Shown: positions 31,974 through 41,153 of the stretch, piece after piece
Position numbering within the stretch: the stretch's first letter is position 1
Layout: the number at the start of each line of letters is the position of its first letter
DNA from: a virus
Taxonomy: Duplodnaviria; Caudoviricetes
IMG/VR virus record: IMGVR_UViG_3300032242_000714
Coordinates: 1 to 58,878 of that record
Length of the DNA stretch: 58,878 nucleotides
Strand: one strand, 5' to 3'
The notes under the pieces: generated by a model
Database searches by the model: none
The model's input: the letters and a program-made list of their open reading frames with translations, nothing else
Told to the model about the DNA's origin: nothing
Program-made: the position numbers and the translations under genes

Positions 31974-32495
31974 ATGAGAACTGACAAATACGGACAGGTA
32001 GTTTTAGATAAAGATGAAATATTTGCTGGATTGTATTCTGGTAAAATTACAAACTTGACTAACTTATTGATTGAAAATCCAGAATTGGTTAAAGAATTCA
32101 ATCAAGCCCTGCGATCAAATTACGATCATATTCCCCAAATAAAAGAATATGTTGATCCCAATATCACTGTAAAAGAATTTGATAAACTTAATCAAAATCA
32201 GTGGTATATGCCCGATAGGTACAGAACATATGATATTGTAGATTGGTTATATTGTGAATGCCATACAATTGAACAAAAAGAACGTGTAACACAAGAGTTG
32301 ACACTTTTTGCCCAACATAATATGATTGACCTTCTCAAGTATATTAAATACTTAGTAGACACAATGCGTGAACACAAAATTGTGTGGGGTGTAGGACGAG
32401 GTAGTAGTGTAGCAAGTTACGTACTATTTCTAATAGGTGTTCATAAAATTGACAGTATAAAATACGAACTCAATATAGAAGAGTTTTTAAGATAA
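31974..32495 (+). CDS. Stand-alone fragment homologous to DNA polymerase III alpha (DnaE) palm N-part
   Basis: GVGRGSSVASYVLFLIGVHKIDSIKYEL..EEFLR matches DnaE GPGRGSAAGSLVAY.LGIT.IDP....L.FERFL. Confidence 0.8.
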   Translation: MRTDKYGQVVLDKDEIFAGLYSGKITNLTNLLIENPELVKEFNQALRSNYDHIPQIKEYVDPNITVKEFDKLNQNQWYMPDRYRTYDIVDWLYCECHTIEQKERVTQELTLFAQHNMIDLLKYIKYLVDTMREHKIVWGVGRGSSVASYVLFLIGVHKIDSIKYELNIEEFLR

Positions 32496-32505
32496 GGAAA
32501 ATAAA

Positions 32506-32817
32506 ATGGCAAGAACTGTAAAAACAATGATGGGCAGAGAAATTGATATGGATGCTTTATTAGAAAGAAACCAAACAATGCCTGCTGTAGGTAATGTACG
32601 TATGAACGCTCGCGGGGACGAATTAGGACCCGGAGGTAAAATTGTTAAAAAGCGTGAAGAACAAGTTGCCGCTTATTATGAAAATAATCCAATGGCAAGA
32701 CCAGTTGTTAAAACTCCTGCTCCAGCAACCGCAGTTCAAACTGAGACTGCTCCAGTAGCCCCAGTTGTTACTGAAATCAAATCTGAAAAGAAGAAAGGCG
32801 ATACTAATGGCAGTTAA
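32506..32817 (+). CDS. Hypothetical protein
   Basis: AAGGA SD; conserved-looking AVGNVRMNARGDELGPGG and a P/A/T-rich tail. Confidence 0.75.
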   Translation: MARTVKTMMGREIDMDALLERNQTMPAVGNVRMNARGDELGPGGKIVKKREEQVAAYYENNPMARPVVKTPAPATAVQTETAPVAPVVTEIKSEKKKGDTNGS

Positions 32818-33142
32818 AGGTAAAATTATGCCCCTAGGGGCTAAGGTAATGGTCACTGGAATAGAATTTGGTATGACCAAAACTTCATCGGGCCTATTCA
32901 TTCCATCCACTGATGGTAAGACTACAGGTATTCATCCACGTTGGGGCAAGGTCTATGCAATCGGACCAGACCAGACAGATGTAGAAGTAGGACAGTGGAT
33001 TCTTATAGAACACGGTCGTTGGACACGTTCTATCAAGGTAGTAGAAGAAGATGGCAAAGAGATTAAAATTCAAATGATCGATAACGATGCTATTATGGTC
33101 ATTTCGGACGAACAGCCAGCAACTGGCGATATTATTGCTTGA
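32807..33142 (+). CDS. groES: GroES-like co-chaperonin
   Basis: I.PLG.KVMV, mobile loop TKTSSGLFIP, GKVYAIGP, VEVGQ.I. Confidence 0.8.
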   Translation: MAVKGKIMPLGAKVMVTGIEFGMTKTSSGLFIPSTDGKTTGIHPRWGKVYAIGPDQTDVEVGQWILIEHGRWTRSIKVVEEDGKEIKIQMIDNDAIMVISDEQPATGDIIA

Positions 33143-33167
33143 CATGAGAGCCTGTACAACGTATAAT
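33139..33167 (+). promoter_or_regulatory. sigma70-type promoter
   Basis: Perfect TTGACA-17 nt-TATAAT; ATG 33173 lies about at +1. Confidence 0.85.
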
Positions 33168-33172
33168 GGAGT

Positions 33173-33415
33173 ATGGGCTACAAATATAATTACAACATCA
33201 CAGACGCAATCATCCAAGTCAATAAGGCTCAGAGAGAGTGTTGCGGTCCAGGGGTAGATGGATTCATCGCCTTTGGTATTAAACAAGACCTATATCAACT
33301 AAAATTTATTTTAGAAGACGCACTTCGGCGATGTCCCACATTTGCCGGAGAAGCAGAATGGCTTAGGGAACAAGAAAAAGAAAAAGTTATGAGGATACTT
33401 AAAGATGAAATGTAA
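33173..33415 (+). CDS. Hypothetical protein
   Basis: 80-aa ORF directly after consensus promoter. Confidence 0.7.
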   Translation: MGYKYNYNITDAIIQVNKAQRECCGPGVDGFIAFGIKQDLYQLKFILEDALRRCPTFAGEAEWLREQEKEKVMRILKDEM

Positions 33416-33554
33416 TATTTGTCGGCAAGAATATAGTCCTACGTGCGATTGGAGGCAAGGTCGTTGCCCCGGTCATCCATCTTTATGGTCAAGATTTAAG
33501 GAATGGTTAAATGAAAGAAAAAATAAAAGAAATAGCATTACAAGCGGGCGGTAG
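33405..33554 (+). CDS. Cys-rich microprotein (49 aa), possible zinc finger; missing from ORF track
   Basis: MKCNICRQEYSPTCDWRQGRCPGHP...; GAGGA SD; fills an otherwise empty gap. Confidence 0.55.
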   Translation: MKCNICRQEYSPTCDWRQGRCPGHPSLWSRFKEWLNERKNKRNSITSGR

Positions 33555-33771
33555 TCATTACCCGGAGGTAGGAGGAGACATCCTTGAACTGTTTGCTGAC
33601 TTGTTGGTCAAAGATGTGTTGCGTGAAATTGAGGGATGCAATATTAAACCTGGATGCACAACTACATATGATTATAGTGTAGCAGAAGGCACAAAAGAAA
33701 GAATTATGAAACACATCAAAGATTCATATGATATCAAATACAAATTTTTGGAGAGAGTCAATGATCTTTAA
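33511..33771 (+). CDS. Hypothetical protein
   Basis: MKEKIKEIALQAG...FADLLVKD, a common phage small-protein pattern. Confidence 0.65.
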   Translation: MKEKIKEIALQAGGSHYPEVGGDILELFADLLVKDVLREIEGCNIKPGCTTTYDYSVAEGTKERIMKHIKDSYDIKYKFLERVNDL

Positions 33772-34234
33772 TAAAATTAAATCAATCAAAGCCAAAGGAA
33801 TGAAAGTAGGAATTGTATTTTCTACTTTTGATCTGCTTCATGCAGGGCATATTGCTATGTTGGCAGAAGTTAAAAATCATTGCGATTACCTAATTGCTGG
33901 ATTACAAACTGATCCAACTATTGATCGTCCTGATACTAAAAATAAACCTATTCAAAGTATTGTTGAACGTCAAATCTGTTTGAGTGCTACTCGTTATGTG
34001 GACGAAATTGTAGTTTATCAAACTGAAAAAGATCTTGAAGACATCTTGCTTACACTACCTATTGATGTTAGAATTTTAGGTGTAGAGTACGAAGGCAAAG
34101 AATTTACTGGTAGAGATATTTGTTTTGATCGAGGAATTGCAATTGTTTTTAACAGTAGAGATCATTCCTTTAGTTCAAGTAGCCTACGCAAACGTGTAGT
34201 ACAAGCAGAGGTACAAAAAGGATTAACACAATGA
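33761..34234 (+). CDS. Cytidylyltransferase (TagD/glycerol-3-phosphate CTase-like, HIGH family)
   Basis: STFDLLHAGH, GLQTDP, ER, VDE, SFSSS motifs. Confidence 0.85.
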   Translation: MIFNKIKSIKAKGMKVGIVFSTFDLLHAGHIAMLAEVKNHCDYLIAGLQTDPTIDRPDTKNKPIQSIVERQICLSATRYVDEIVVYQTEKDLEDILLTLPIDVRILGVEYEGKEFTGRDICFDRGIAIVFNSRDHSFSSSSLRKRVVQAEVQKGLTQ

Positions 34235-34563
34235 GCAGACATGGTATAATGGTAGGAGCAAGACTATCAACAGTAAGAGCAAGACCTATGAAATTAACTT
34301 TAAAACAACGTATCCGTAATTGGTTAAACAATGATGACGACTCTATTGAAGCGATTTCATCCGATGATGAAACAAATGTTCATTTAACCAGAGAGACGTC
34401 CTTGAGGTTTGAAGTACATCAAGCACAAGGTGGTCGGGTTGTACAAACTCGCAGATATGACGAGCGTAAAGATCGTAATATTGAAAACTTATATATTATT
34501 ACACCAGATCAAGACTTTGGTAGAGAAATTGACAAAATTATCACAATGGAAGCATTACGATGA
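34231..34563 (+). CDS. Hypothetical protein
   Basis: 110-aa ORF overlapping both neighbours (ATGA junctions). Confidence 0.7.
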   Translation: MSRHGIMVGARLSTVRARPMKLTLKQRIRNWLNNDDDSIEAISSDDETNVHLTRETSLRFEVHQAQGGRVVQTRRYDERKDRNIENLYIITPDQDFGREIDKIITMEALR

Positions 34564-35483
34564 AAGAACTATGGGTAGAAAAATATCGTCCTAAGACCAC
34601 AGACGAATATGTGTTTAGAGATGAAGCACAACGCAGACAGATTAAAGGCTGGATTGTTGATGGTTCAATTCCACACTTGTTGTTAAGTGGTAGCCCAGGC
34701 ATTGGTAAAACTACCCTTGCTAAGGTTCTGCTCAACGAACTTGAAATTCCAGAGTTTGATATTTTAGAAATTAATGCATCACGTGAACGTGGGATTGATG
34801 AAGTTAAGAAACGTATCACTAACTTTATCAGCATGATTCCGTTTGGTCCGTTTAAGTGTGTGCTATTAGACGAAGCAGATCGACTGACTCCGGAAGCACA
34901 GGACGCACTTAAAGGTGTGATGGAAGAATATTCTAGTACCAGCAGATTTATCTTAACTTGTAATACACCTAATCGTATTGTGCCAGCACTACACAGTCGT
35001 TGCCAACAGATGCACTTTGCGTCTATTGACCAAACTGAGTTTACTGCTCGTGCCGCAACTATTCTCGTTGAAGAAAATGTAGAGTTTGATTTAGACACAC
35101 TGGATTTGTATGTGCGTAGTGTATATCCAGATTTGCGTAAGTGTATCAATCTGCTACAACAAAACAACGTCGGTAGCAAGTTAATCAATCCTAAAGCAGA
35201 AGACAGCGGTGTCAGCGACTATAAGATTGAAATGGTTGAATTGTTCAAGGCAAGAAAATATCGAGAAGCACGTAAATTGTTATGTGCCAAAGCCACAGCA
35301 GATGAAATGGGCGAGATCCTTCGCTGGTGTTATGACAACATTGAACTGTTTGGCTCAGATGAAGAAACAATGGATCAGGCTGTGATTGTTATTAAACAAG
35401 GTTTGTGTGATCATGTAATCTGTGCTGATCCAGAAATTAACTTGAGTGCTGTGCTTATTAAACTAGCGAGGTTAAATCAATGA
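34560..35483 (+). CDS. Clamp loader AAA+ subunit (T4 gp44/RFC small-subunit-like)
   Basis: LWVEKYRP, GSPGIGKTT, EINAS, LLDEAD, SRC motifs. Confidence 0.93.
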   Translation: MKELWVEKYRPKTTDEYVFRDEAQRRQIKGWIVDGSIPHLLLSGSPGIGKTTLAKVLLNELEIPEFDILEINASRERGIDEVKKRITNFISMIPFGPFKCVLLDEADRLTPEAQDALKGVMEEYSSTSRFILTCNTPNRIVPALHSRCQQMHFASIDQTEFTARAATILVEENVEFDLDTLDLYVRSVYPDLRKCINLLQQNNVGSKLINPKAEDSGVSDYKIEMVELFKARKYREARKLLCAKATADEMGEILRWCYDNIELFGSDEETMDQAVIVIKQGLCDHVICADPEINLSAVLIKLARLNQ

Positions 35484-35830
35484 CACAAGAACAAATACTA
35501 TATGCTGTAGGTATATGGTTAGTATTAATGGTTATCTGTTATACACATAGCGGTTGGCGCAATATGCGAGACTGTTATATGATGTGGTTTACAAAAGAAT
35601 ATTGGACTGCTTATAACACAGTTGAATTTGTAAGTTGGTTAGCAAAAGCCATTATTATTATTCCAGGATTAATATTTGGCATTAATATATGGGAATTGTA
35701 TTATCTTACTCTATTAACAAGTGTAACGCTTATATGGGCTAGCAGGAAAAAAGCACTACCAACACTTGTAGGATTTAATACCATGTGGGCTTGGCTAAGT
35801 CTTATGGTCCTGTGCCAACACTGGTTCTAA
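35480..35830 (+). CDS. Multi-pass membrane protein
   Basis: 3-4 hydrophobic Trp-rich segments. Confidence 0.7.
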   Translation: MTQEQILYAVGIWLVLMVICYTHSGWRNMRDCYMMWFTKEYWTAYNTVEFVSWLAKAIIIIPGLIFGINIWELYYLTLLTSVTLIWASRKKALPTLVGFNTMWAWLSLMVLCQHWF

Positions 35831-35832
35831 AC

Positions 35833-35876
35833 AAAAACCGCATAGTCGATTGCAGGTCGTTTACTATGCGGTTTTT
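35833..35876. terminator. Bidirectional intrinsic terminator
   Basis: aaaaaccgcatagt...actatgcggttttt inverted repeat between convergent genes. Confidence 0.88.
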
Positions 35877-35902
35877 CCTTGAGTGTTCGTTTAGTTTATA
35901 AC

Positions 35903-36679
35903 TTATTCGATAGAATCTTCCTTATAGATTTTAAGTATTTCTTTTACCACAGGGTGACGTTCTACGTCTTTTGCCTCAAACCTTGCCATCGCAATCATAC
36001 GATACTCACCTCCTTGGCCGTATAATTCGCAAAATTGTAGCAAGCCGTTCTCTGTAGGACGGTCCGCTTGATTTAAATCTCCTGTGACTACCATGCGGGA
36101 GTTTTCTCCCAATCGAGTTAATAACATTTTCATCTGTGACGGTGTGGCGTTTTGCATTTCGTCTGCTATTACAAACGCATTTTTAAAAGTTCGTCCACGC
36201 ATATATGCAAGTGGGCTAATTTCAATTATGCCATCCTCAAGCATTTCTTGAATTTCTTTTGGATGATAATACTCTTCGAAAACATCAAATATCGGTCTTG
36301 TCCACGGTTCCATCTTTTGGTTAAGAGTACCGGGTAAGAATCCATGTTCTTCATCCACACTGACTGCTGGCCTTGTGACTATAATCTTAGAGATTTCTCC
36401 CTCTTTGTATAGTTTAATAGCCATTTGTACAGCCAACATTGTTTTACCTGTTCCCGCGGGACCAATGGCAAACACAATGAATTTTTTAGGATTTTTTAGG
36501 AATTCTACGTAGTGCTCTTGAGATAGATTACGTGGAACAACAACGACTTGTTGTTTTCTGCGCAGATAATGCTTGATTTGAATCAAATTTTGATCCTGTT
36601 GTTCAGGACGAGTATTTGTGAATACTCTTTCTTTTCGTTTGGCTCTGGACAATATTGCCTCCTTTTGAGCGACCTGCAT
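35903..36679 (-). CDS. phoH: PhoH-family ATPase (start may be TTG at 36652 after AGGAGG)
   Basis: GPAGTGKT, TRPAV, GFLPG, AYMRGRTF, DEMQN, TGDLNQAD, DVERH motifs. Confidence 0.95.
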   Translation of the reverse strand: MQVAQKEAILSRAKRKERVFTNTRPEQQDQNLIQIKHYLRRKQQVVVVPRNLSQEHYVEFLKNPKKFIVFAIGPAGTGKTMLAVQMAIKLYKEGEISKIIVTRPAVSVDEEHGFLPGTLNQKMEPWTRPIFDVFEEYYHPKEIQEMLEDGIIEISPLAYMRGRTFKNAFVIADEMQNATPSQMKMLLTRLGENSRMVVTGDLNQADRPTENGLLQFCELYGQGGEYRMIAMARFEAKDVERHPVVKEILKIYKEDSIE

Positions 36680-36762
36680 AGATATTTACTTCCAAAACTA
36701 AAAAAGCATATCAAATAGGCTTTTTTCAAACAACATAAATAATACTACTTAAGAGATTCCTT

Positions 36763-37335
36763 ATGCACGATATTGTTGATGTTATAAAAAATATTCAGAC
36801 CTTGTCCGCTAACGACAGTTCTTTCAACATCCTGAAAGATTTTGAACGTGTGTTAGACGAACTTGATCTGTATGTTTTTAAGAATTGGGAAGATGGCGAA
36901 CTACTTGCTGGACCACAGGTAGAGCGTTATGCCGTTACCTGTAAATTCTTATGGCCCAGAGAAGACATGCCAGATCCCGATGGCGCAAAAAGATTATTAG
37001 ACTACGGCTGTAAAGTAACATATCAAAAAGAAAATATGTTAGTTCCACGCAAGGTTCGTAGCCCAGGCGACTTCCGTCCAGGTACAAAGAAAGGCAAAAT
37101 AGATGCTCATCCTATTTGGGTTGTATCTATTACTATTCCTAAAAAATTAATGCAGGATATTTTCCAAGGCTTTGTGGATCGTGAAAATAGAGAAATTGCA
37201 GACCATATGCACACTGAGCAGATCAATCAACAGATGAATCAAGCCAATGCCGCACAAGAAACAGCCGGTGGAGCACCAGAGCCCACACCAGCACCAACTC
37301 CAGGAGCAACTGATGTACCGCCGCCGACTGCTTGA
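36763..37335 (+). CDS. Hypothetical late protein
   Basis: 190-aa ORF after TAAATA(36736), divergent from phoH. Confidence 0.75.
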   Translation: MHDIVDVIKNIQTLSANDSSFNILKDFERVLDELDLYVFKNWEDGELLAGPQVERYAVTCKFLWPREDMPDPDGAKRLLDYGCKVTYQKENMLVPRKVRSPGDFRPGTKKGKIDAHPIWVVSITIPKKLMQDIFQGFVDRENREIADHMHTEQINQQMNQANAAQETAGGAPEPTPAPTPGATDVPPPTA

Positions 37336-38062
37336 AGGCCTTAGAGCCAAGGACCTAAAAGGGTTCGTTGAAAATACTTTTACTGTTGATCAATATACCA
37401 GTAAGATGGGCGAGGATCGAGATGTAGTTGTTATTGGATTCAAAGTCAATGACAAAGCACCTGCACTTGACCTAATGGAGTTCATTGAAAAAGGTTATAA
37501 ATTTGTTCTCGATGCTGACATGAGTTCAGGCGAAGAACGTGATGGACACTATCAGGTGTTTGTTGAAATGGAGCGCACTCGACATGTTCCTATCTATCTT
37601 AAAGATTTATTAAACGGTATCAGTCAATTAACTGACAACTATGATTGGCGTTTCCGTTATCACAAAGAAATGAAAAGTCATGAATTTACAGAACAGACAA
37701 TCGTAGAGCATGTGCCTTTAGATCAAACCAGTTACAAAATGAAAATGATGGAATCTAGAACTGAAGCAGTTCGTAGATTCTTTAATCAGACTGCGTTTGA
37801 CAGTATTCAATTAGATGAGGACAATACTATAACAATTACCAAACCTTATTCAGGTTCAGTGACCTTACAGTTATTGGCATTTGGAAATTATTCAGAAGTT
37901 AAAGACAGTATTCAAGGTGGACTTCAATTAGACGAAACAAGTCAAAGTCAAGTTACATTCCTTGAAAAGTATTTGGGCAATTACGAACTACACAAAATTG
38001 CCGATAAATTTTTAATTAGAAACGGTAACAAAGCAATGATCTTTGCAAAGGAACGTTGGTAA
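37313..38062 (+). CDS. Hypothetical protein, possibly head-associated
   Basis: Start MYRRRLLEG after AGGAG SD; N-terminal L-x-E motif. Confidence 0.7.
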   Translation: MYRRRLLEGLRAKDLKGFVENTFTVDQYTSKMGEDRDVVVIGFKVNDKAPALDLMEFIEKGYKFVLDADMSSGEERDGHYQVFVEMERTRHVPIYLKDLLNGISQLTDNYDWRFRYHKEMKSHEFTEQTIVEHVPLDQTSYKMKMMESRTEAVRRFFNQTAFDSIQLDEDNTITITKPYSGSVTLQLLAFGNYSEVKDSIQGGLQLDETSQSQVTFLEKYLGNYELHKIADKFLIRNGNKAMIFAKERW

Positions 38063-38529
38063 TGTGGTTCTTGAGTTTTATTCCAGATAGCATTTTATTA
38101 ATGGCTATCTATTCAGTTATAGCCGCCGGAGCAGGACTATATCTGTTAGGAATGTTTTTAAAATTCTTTCCAGCACTGACTCTTTATAAAGAACCAATTA
38201 GAATTTTAGCCACCCTACTTATAATTGCCGGAGTTTATTTTTACGGTAGTTACGATACAGAAATGAAATGGCGAGCAAGAGTTGCCGAAGTACAGGCTAA
38301 GGTAGAAGAATACAAAAAAGAAAGTGACGATGCTAATACAAAATTAGCCGCCAAGAGCAAAGAGAAACAAAAAGTTCGTGTTGAATATTACTCACAGGTT
38401 AAAGAACGTATTGTAGAAAAAGCAGTACAGATAGATGCCAAGTGTGAGTTAGATCCCGAAGTTGCTAAACTACACAACCAAGCGGCCGGTAATCCAGCAG
38501 GTAAAGTAACTGTAGGAGAAGTTAAATGA
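38062..38529 (+). CDS. Putative inner-membrane spanin (Rz-like)
   Basis: N-terminal TM segments plus coiled coil; directly before a lipoprotein and near the endolysin. Confidence 0.6.
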   Translation: MWFLSFIPDSILLMAIYSVIAAGAGLYLLGMFLKFFPALTLYKEPIRILATLLIIAGVYFYGSYDTEMKWRARVAEVQAKVEEYKKESDDANTKLAAKSKEKQKVRVEYYSQVKERIVEKAVQIDAKCELDPEVAKLHNQAAGNPAGKVTVGEVK

Positions 38530-38795
38530 TGAGATACTCAATCATTGCCGTAGTATTATTACTAACTGCCTGTTCAACTCCTGTGCCTGTGGTCCCGCCC
38601 TGGCCTAATACTCCAGATGATCTAAAGGTCACCTGTCCTAATCTAAAAACAGTAGATGAAACTACTACAAAGTTAAGTGATATAATCAGTACAGTTACAG
38701 CCAATTATCAACAATACTATGACTGTAAAGGCAAAGTAGACGATTGGATTGAATGGTACAACACACAAAAATCTTTACAAAGTATAATAAAATGA
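38526..38795 (+). CDS. Putative outer-membrane spanin lipoprotein (Rz1-like)
   Basis: Lipobox LTAC, Pro-rich segment, P..L...CP.L and N...Y..C pattern. Confidence 0.65.
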   Translation: MMRYSIIAVVLLLTACSTPVPVVPPWPNTPDDLKVTCPNLKTVDETTTKLSDIISTVTANYQQYYDCKGKVDDWIEWYNTQKSLQSIIK

Positions 38796-39199
38796 AAAAA
38801 CTACTGTTAGTATTGGCATTGTCCTTATCTGGTTGTTCAAGTATACAGACACTTAAAGAAACATTCTTTATGACCTATGATCCAAACGAATACGCACAGA
38901 TTACCTCAATTAGAACCAATGCTCAACTAGCAACAGCATCTTGTGATAAACCCGATGATGCCAAAGTTAACGCACAGGTACTATCAAAACAAACTGCTCT
39001 GTTTAAAAATCAAACAGAATTCTTACCATACAACACAAAAGTTATTGCTTCTGCGGGAGAACTGGATGCAATGGCACAAGGGTTGATAACACAGTACCAA
39101 AAAGGACCAGTAAGTCCTGTATTTTGTAAAATTAAATTTGAATCAATAGCCAAATCGGCTGAGATAATTCAGAAAACCGTAGGAGCGAAACCAAGATGA
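38792..39199 (+). CDS. Lipoprotein
   Basis: MKKLLLVLALSLSGC lipobox. Confidence 0.75.
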   Translation: MKKLLLVLALSLSGCSSIQTLKETFFMTYDPNEYAQITSIRTNAQLATASCDKPDDAKVNAQVLSKQTALFKNQTEFLPYNTKVIASAGELDAMAQGLITQYQKGPVSPVFCKIKFESIAKSAEIIQKTVGAKPR

Positions 39200-39459
39200 G
39201 CCAAGAACAAATACACTACAATCAAAGCCTGTTGGCCAGTATCAGCAGTCAAAACCCAGATGTAATGTCTGCGGCCGCAACTGTTAATCAATATACAGAA
39301 ATGTGTAAATCAGGACAGATTACACCAGCAGAGTATGCTGAACTGATCAAAGACATACAACGTCAGATTAATATACAAGCAAACATGGCAGAACTTGAAG
39401 CCATGGAAAAATTAAATACAGCCATCAACGGTCTTATCACTGTTGCTGGAATGGCATAA
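39196..39459 (+). CDS. Hypothetical protein
   Basis: 87-aa helical ORF with AGGAG SD. Confidence 0.7.
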   Translation: MSQEQIHYNQSLLASISSQNPDVMSAAATVNQYTEMCKSGQITPAEYAELIKDIQRQINIQANMAELEAMEKLNTAINGLITVAGMA

Positions 39460-39469
39460 AGGAGATAAC

Positions 39470-40093
39470 ATGGCAGATTTTATTTTATCAAGAGATCAAT
39501 TAGCACAGATTATACCAAAAAATCCTTATATCGATCATTGGTATCACGCACTATCACAGGCATTACCTGATTATGATATTAACACAACACCACGTGTTGC
39601 GGCTTTCTTAGCACAATGCGGACACGAATCAGGCGACTTTATATTCTTACAGGAGAATTTAAACTATAAAGCAGAAAGTCTGATGCGTGTATGGCCTAAA
39701 TATTTCCCTAACATGGAAATTGCCAATCAGTATGCTCATAACCCTGAAAAGATTGCCAACAGAGCCTATGCAGGACGTATGGGTAACGGCCCAGAAGAGT
39801 CAGGTGACGGTTGGGCACACTGCGGTCGTGGCTTAATTCAACTAACCGGTCGTGCTAACTATCAAGCATTTGCTGACAGCATAGAAACTCCTATCCAAGA
39901 TATTCCACACTATTTGGCTACATTTGAAGGAGCAGTTCAATCAGCATGTTGGTTCTGGGAATCAAACAATCTAAATGCTGTAGCCGATGCCGGTGATATG
40001 GTTAAGATGACTAAAATTATCAATGGCGGAACATTAGGATTAGACGATCGAGTAGCCCGCTTTAACAAAATCACAAACATTTTGAGAGCCTAA
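39470..40093 (+). CDS. Glycoside hydrolase family 19 endolysin
   Basis: AAFLAQCGHESG, ENLNY, GRGLIQLTGRANY, SACWFW, TKIINGG..GL.DR motifs. Confidence 0.92.
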   Translation: MADFILSRDQLAQIIPKNPYIDHWYHALSQALPDYDINTTPRVAAFLAQCGHESGDFIFLQENLNYKAESLMRVWPKYFPNMEIANQYAHNPEKIANRAYAGRMGNGPEESGDGWAHCGRGLIQLTGRANYQAFADSIETPIQDIPHYLATFEGAVQSACWFWESNNLNAVADAGDMVKMTKIINGGTLGLDDRVARFNKITNILRA

Positions 40094-40119
40094 ATAAAGT
40101 ACCAACTTTAATTTATTAT

Positions 40120-40164
40120 AAACCGCTTTAAATATTAAGTTATAATATTATGGAGCGGTTTTTT
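40120..40164 (+). promoter_or_regulatory. Hairpin/terminator that sequesters the GGAG SD and contains a TAAATA late promoter in its 5' arm
   Basis: aaaccgcttta-aatatta/taatatt-atggagcggttt pairing followed by a T run; TAAATA at 40129-40134. Confidence 0.7.
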
Positions 40165-40165
40165 A

Positions 40166-41047
40166 ATGGACCCACTAACACTCTTTGCTTTAGCAAATGG
40201 CGCTGTAGCCGCTGTTAAAAAAGGGTGCCAACTCTACAAAGACATCAAAGGTGCCGCTGGGGATGTGAAAGCAGTCCTCAAGGATCTTGACGAGCAATTC
40301 AACGCAAATCACCCACCAGATAAACCTGCCACAGTTACTCAACGTAATGCTTACATTGAAGAAAAGAATCGTGTCATTGAGTTAAACAAAAAGCAAGGTG
40401 AAACTGCTGGTATCTATCAAGAACTTGCTAACTACCTTGGTGACTTCTTTGACAACATGAATAAGTGTATAGCAGTTATTGAAGAAGAAGAACGTAAAAA
40501 TCGTGAAGAAATATATGAAGGTGATCAAAGTTTAGGGCGCCGTGCCCTACAACTTGTTATAATGAAAAAACAATTAGAACAGATGGAAACTGAATTACGT
40601 GAGATGCTGGTTTATAATTCTCCCCCTGAATTAGGTGGATTATGGACCGATGTAAGTGAAATGATGGAATCAATGGGTGGTCAACAAAAAGTGCTACTCA
40701 CTAGAAAAATGCGTGAAGATGCCCGAATTGCAGAAAGAAGGCGTGCCAAGATCAAACATTATATGGAAGAATTAGTGTTGGGCGGTCTAGCCTTTGTGTT
40801 AGCAATCACAGTAGTGCTATTGATGTGGTATGTGTCTTATGATAGAAAACAAAGATGGCCGGAATTAGAACCTGATGTGGTCAAGCAACGTCAAGAACAA
40901 AGACATCGAGATCATTTGATATGGTTACAGGCACAACAGGAAAGAATTGCCAAGGAAGATCAGGAGTTTAATCAACGGCAAAGAGATTTCATTACGAATC
41001 GTCGTGCTAATGATGAAACCCAAAATGAAGATACAACAAAAGAATAG
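40166..41047 (+). CDS. Coiled-coil protein with one TM segment, next to endolysin
   Basis: MDPLTLFALAN.A..AVKKG start; TM LVLGGLAFVLAITVVLLMWYV. Confidence 0.75.
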   Translation: MDPLTLFALANGAVAAVKKGCQLYKDIKGAAGDVKAVLKDLDEQFNANHPPDKPATVTQRNAYIEEKNRVIELNKKQGETAGIYQELANYLGDFFDNMNKCIAVIEEEERKNREEIYEGDQSLGRRALQLVIMKKQLEQMETELREMLVYNSPPELGGLWTDVSEMMESMGGQQKVLLTRKMREDARIAERRRAKIKHYMEELVLGGLAFVLAITVVLLMWYVSYDRKQRWPELEPDVVKQRQEQRHRDHLIWLQAQQERIAKEDQEFNQRQRDFITNRRANDETQNEDTTKE

Positions 41048-41153
41048 CCATAGTAACAGTCCATAGTCCTATTCCGCTCAGCAGAACAATAACAAAAAAC
41101 TTTTTTGTTGGCATATATACTATTTCATCCATAAAGGTTTGTTGCTCTGTCAT
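41007..41153 (-). CDS. Small antisense single-TM protein (48 aa), missing from ORF track
   Basis: MTEQQTFMDEIVYMPTKKFFVIVLLSGIGLWTVTMAILLLYLHFGFHH*; minus-strand TAAATA (41164-41159) 5 nt before ATG. Confidence 0.55.
   Translation of the reverse strand: MTEQQTFMDEIVYMPTKKFFVIVLLSGIGLWTVTMAILLLYLHFGFHH

Noticed and set aside
34541-35188. 215-aa minus-strand ORF (and similar ones at 16527, 44609, 45299)
   Set aside because: Antisense to well-supported conserved genes, with no recognisable motifs or expression signals
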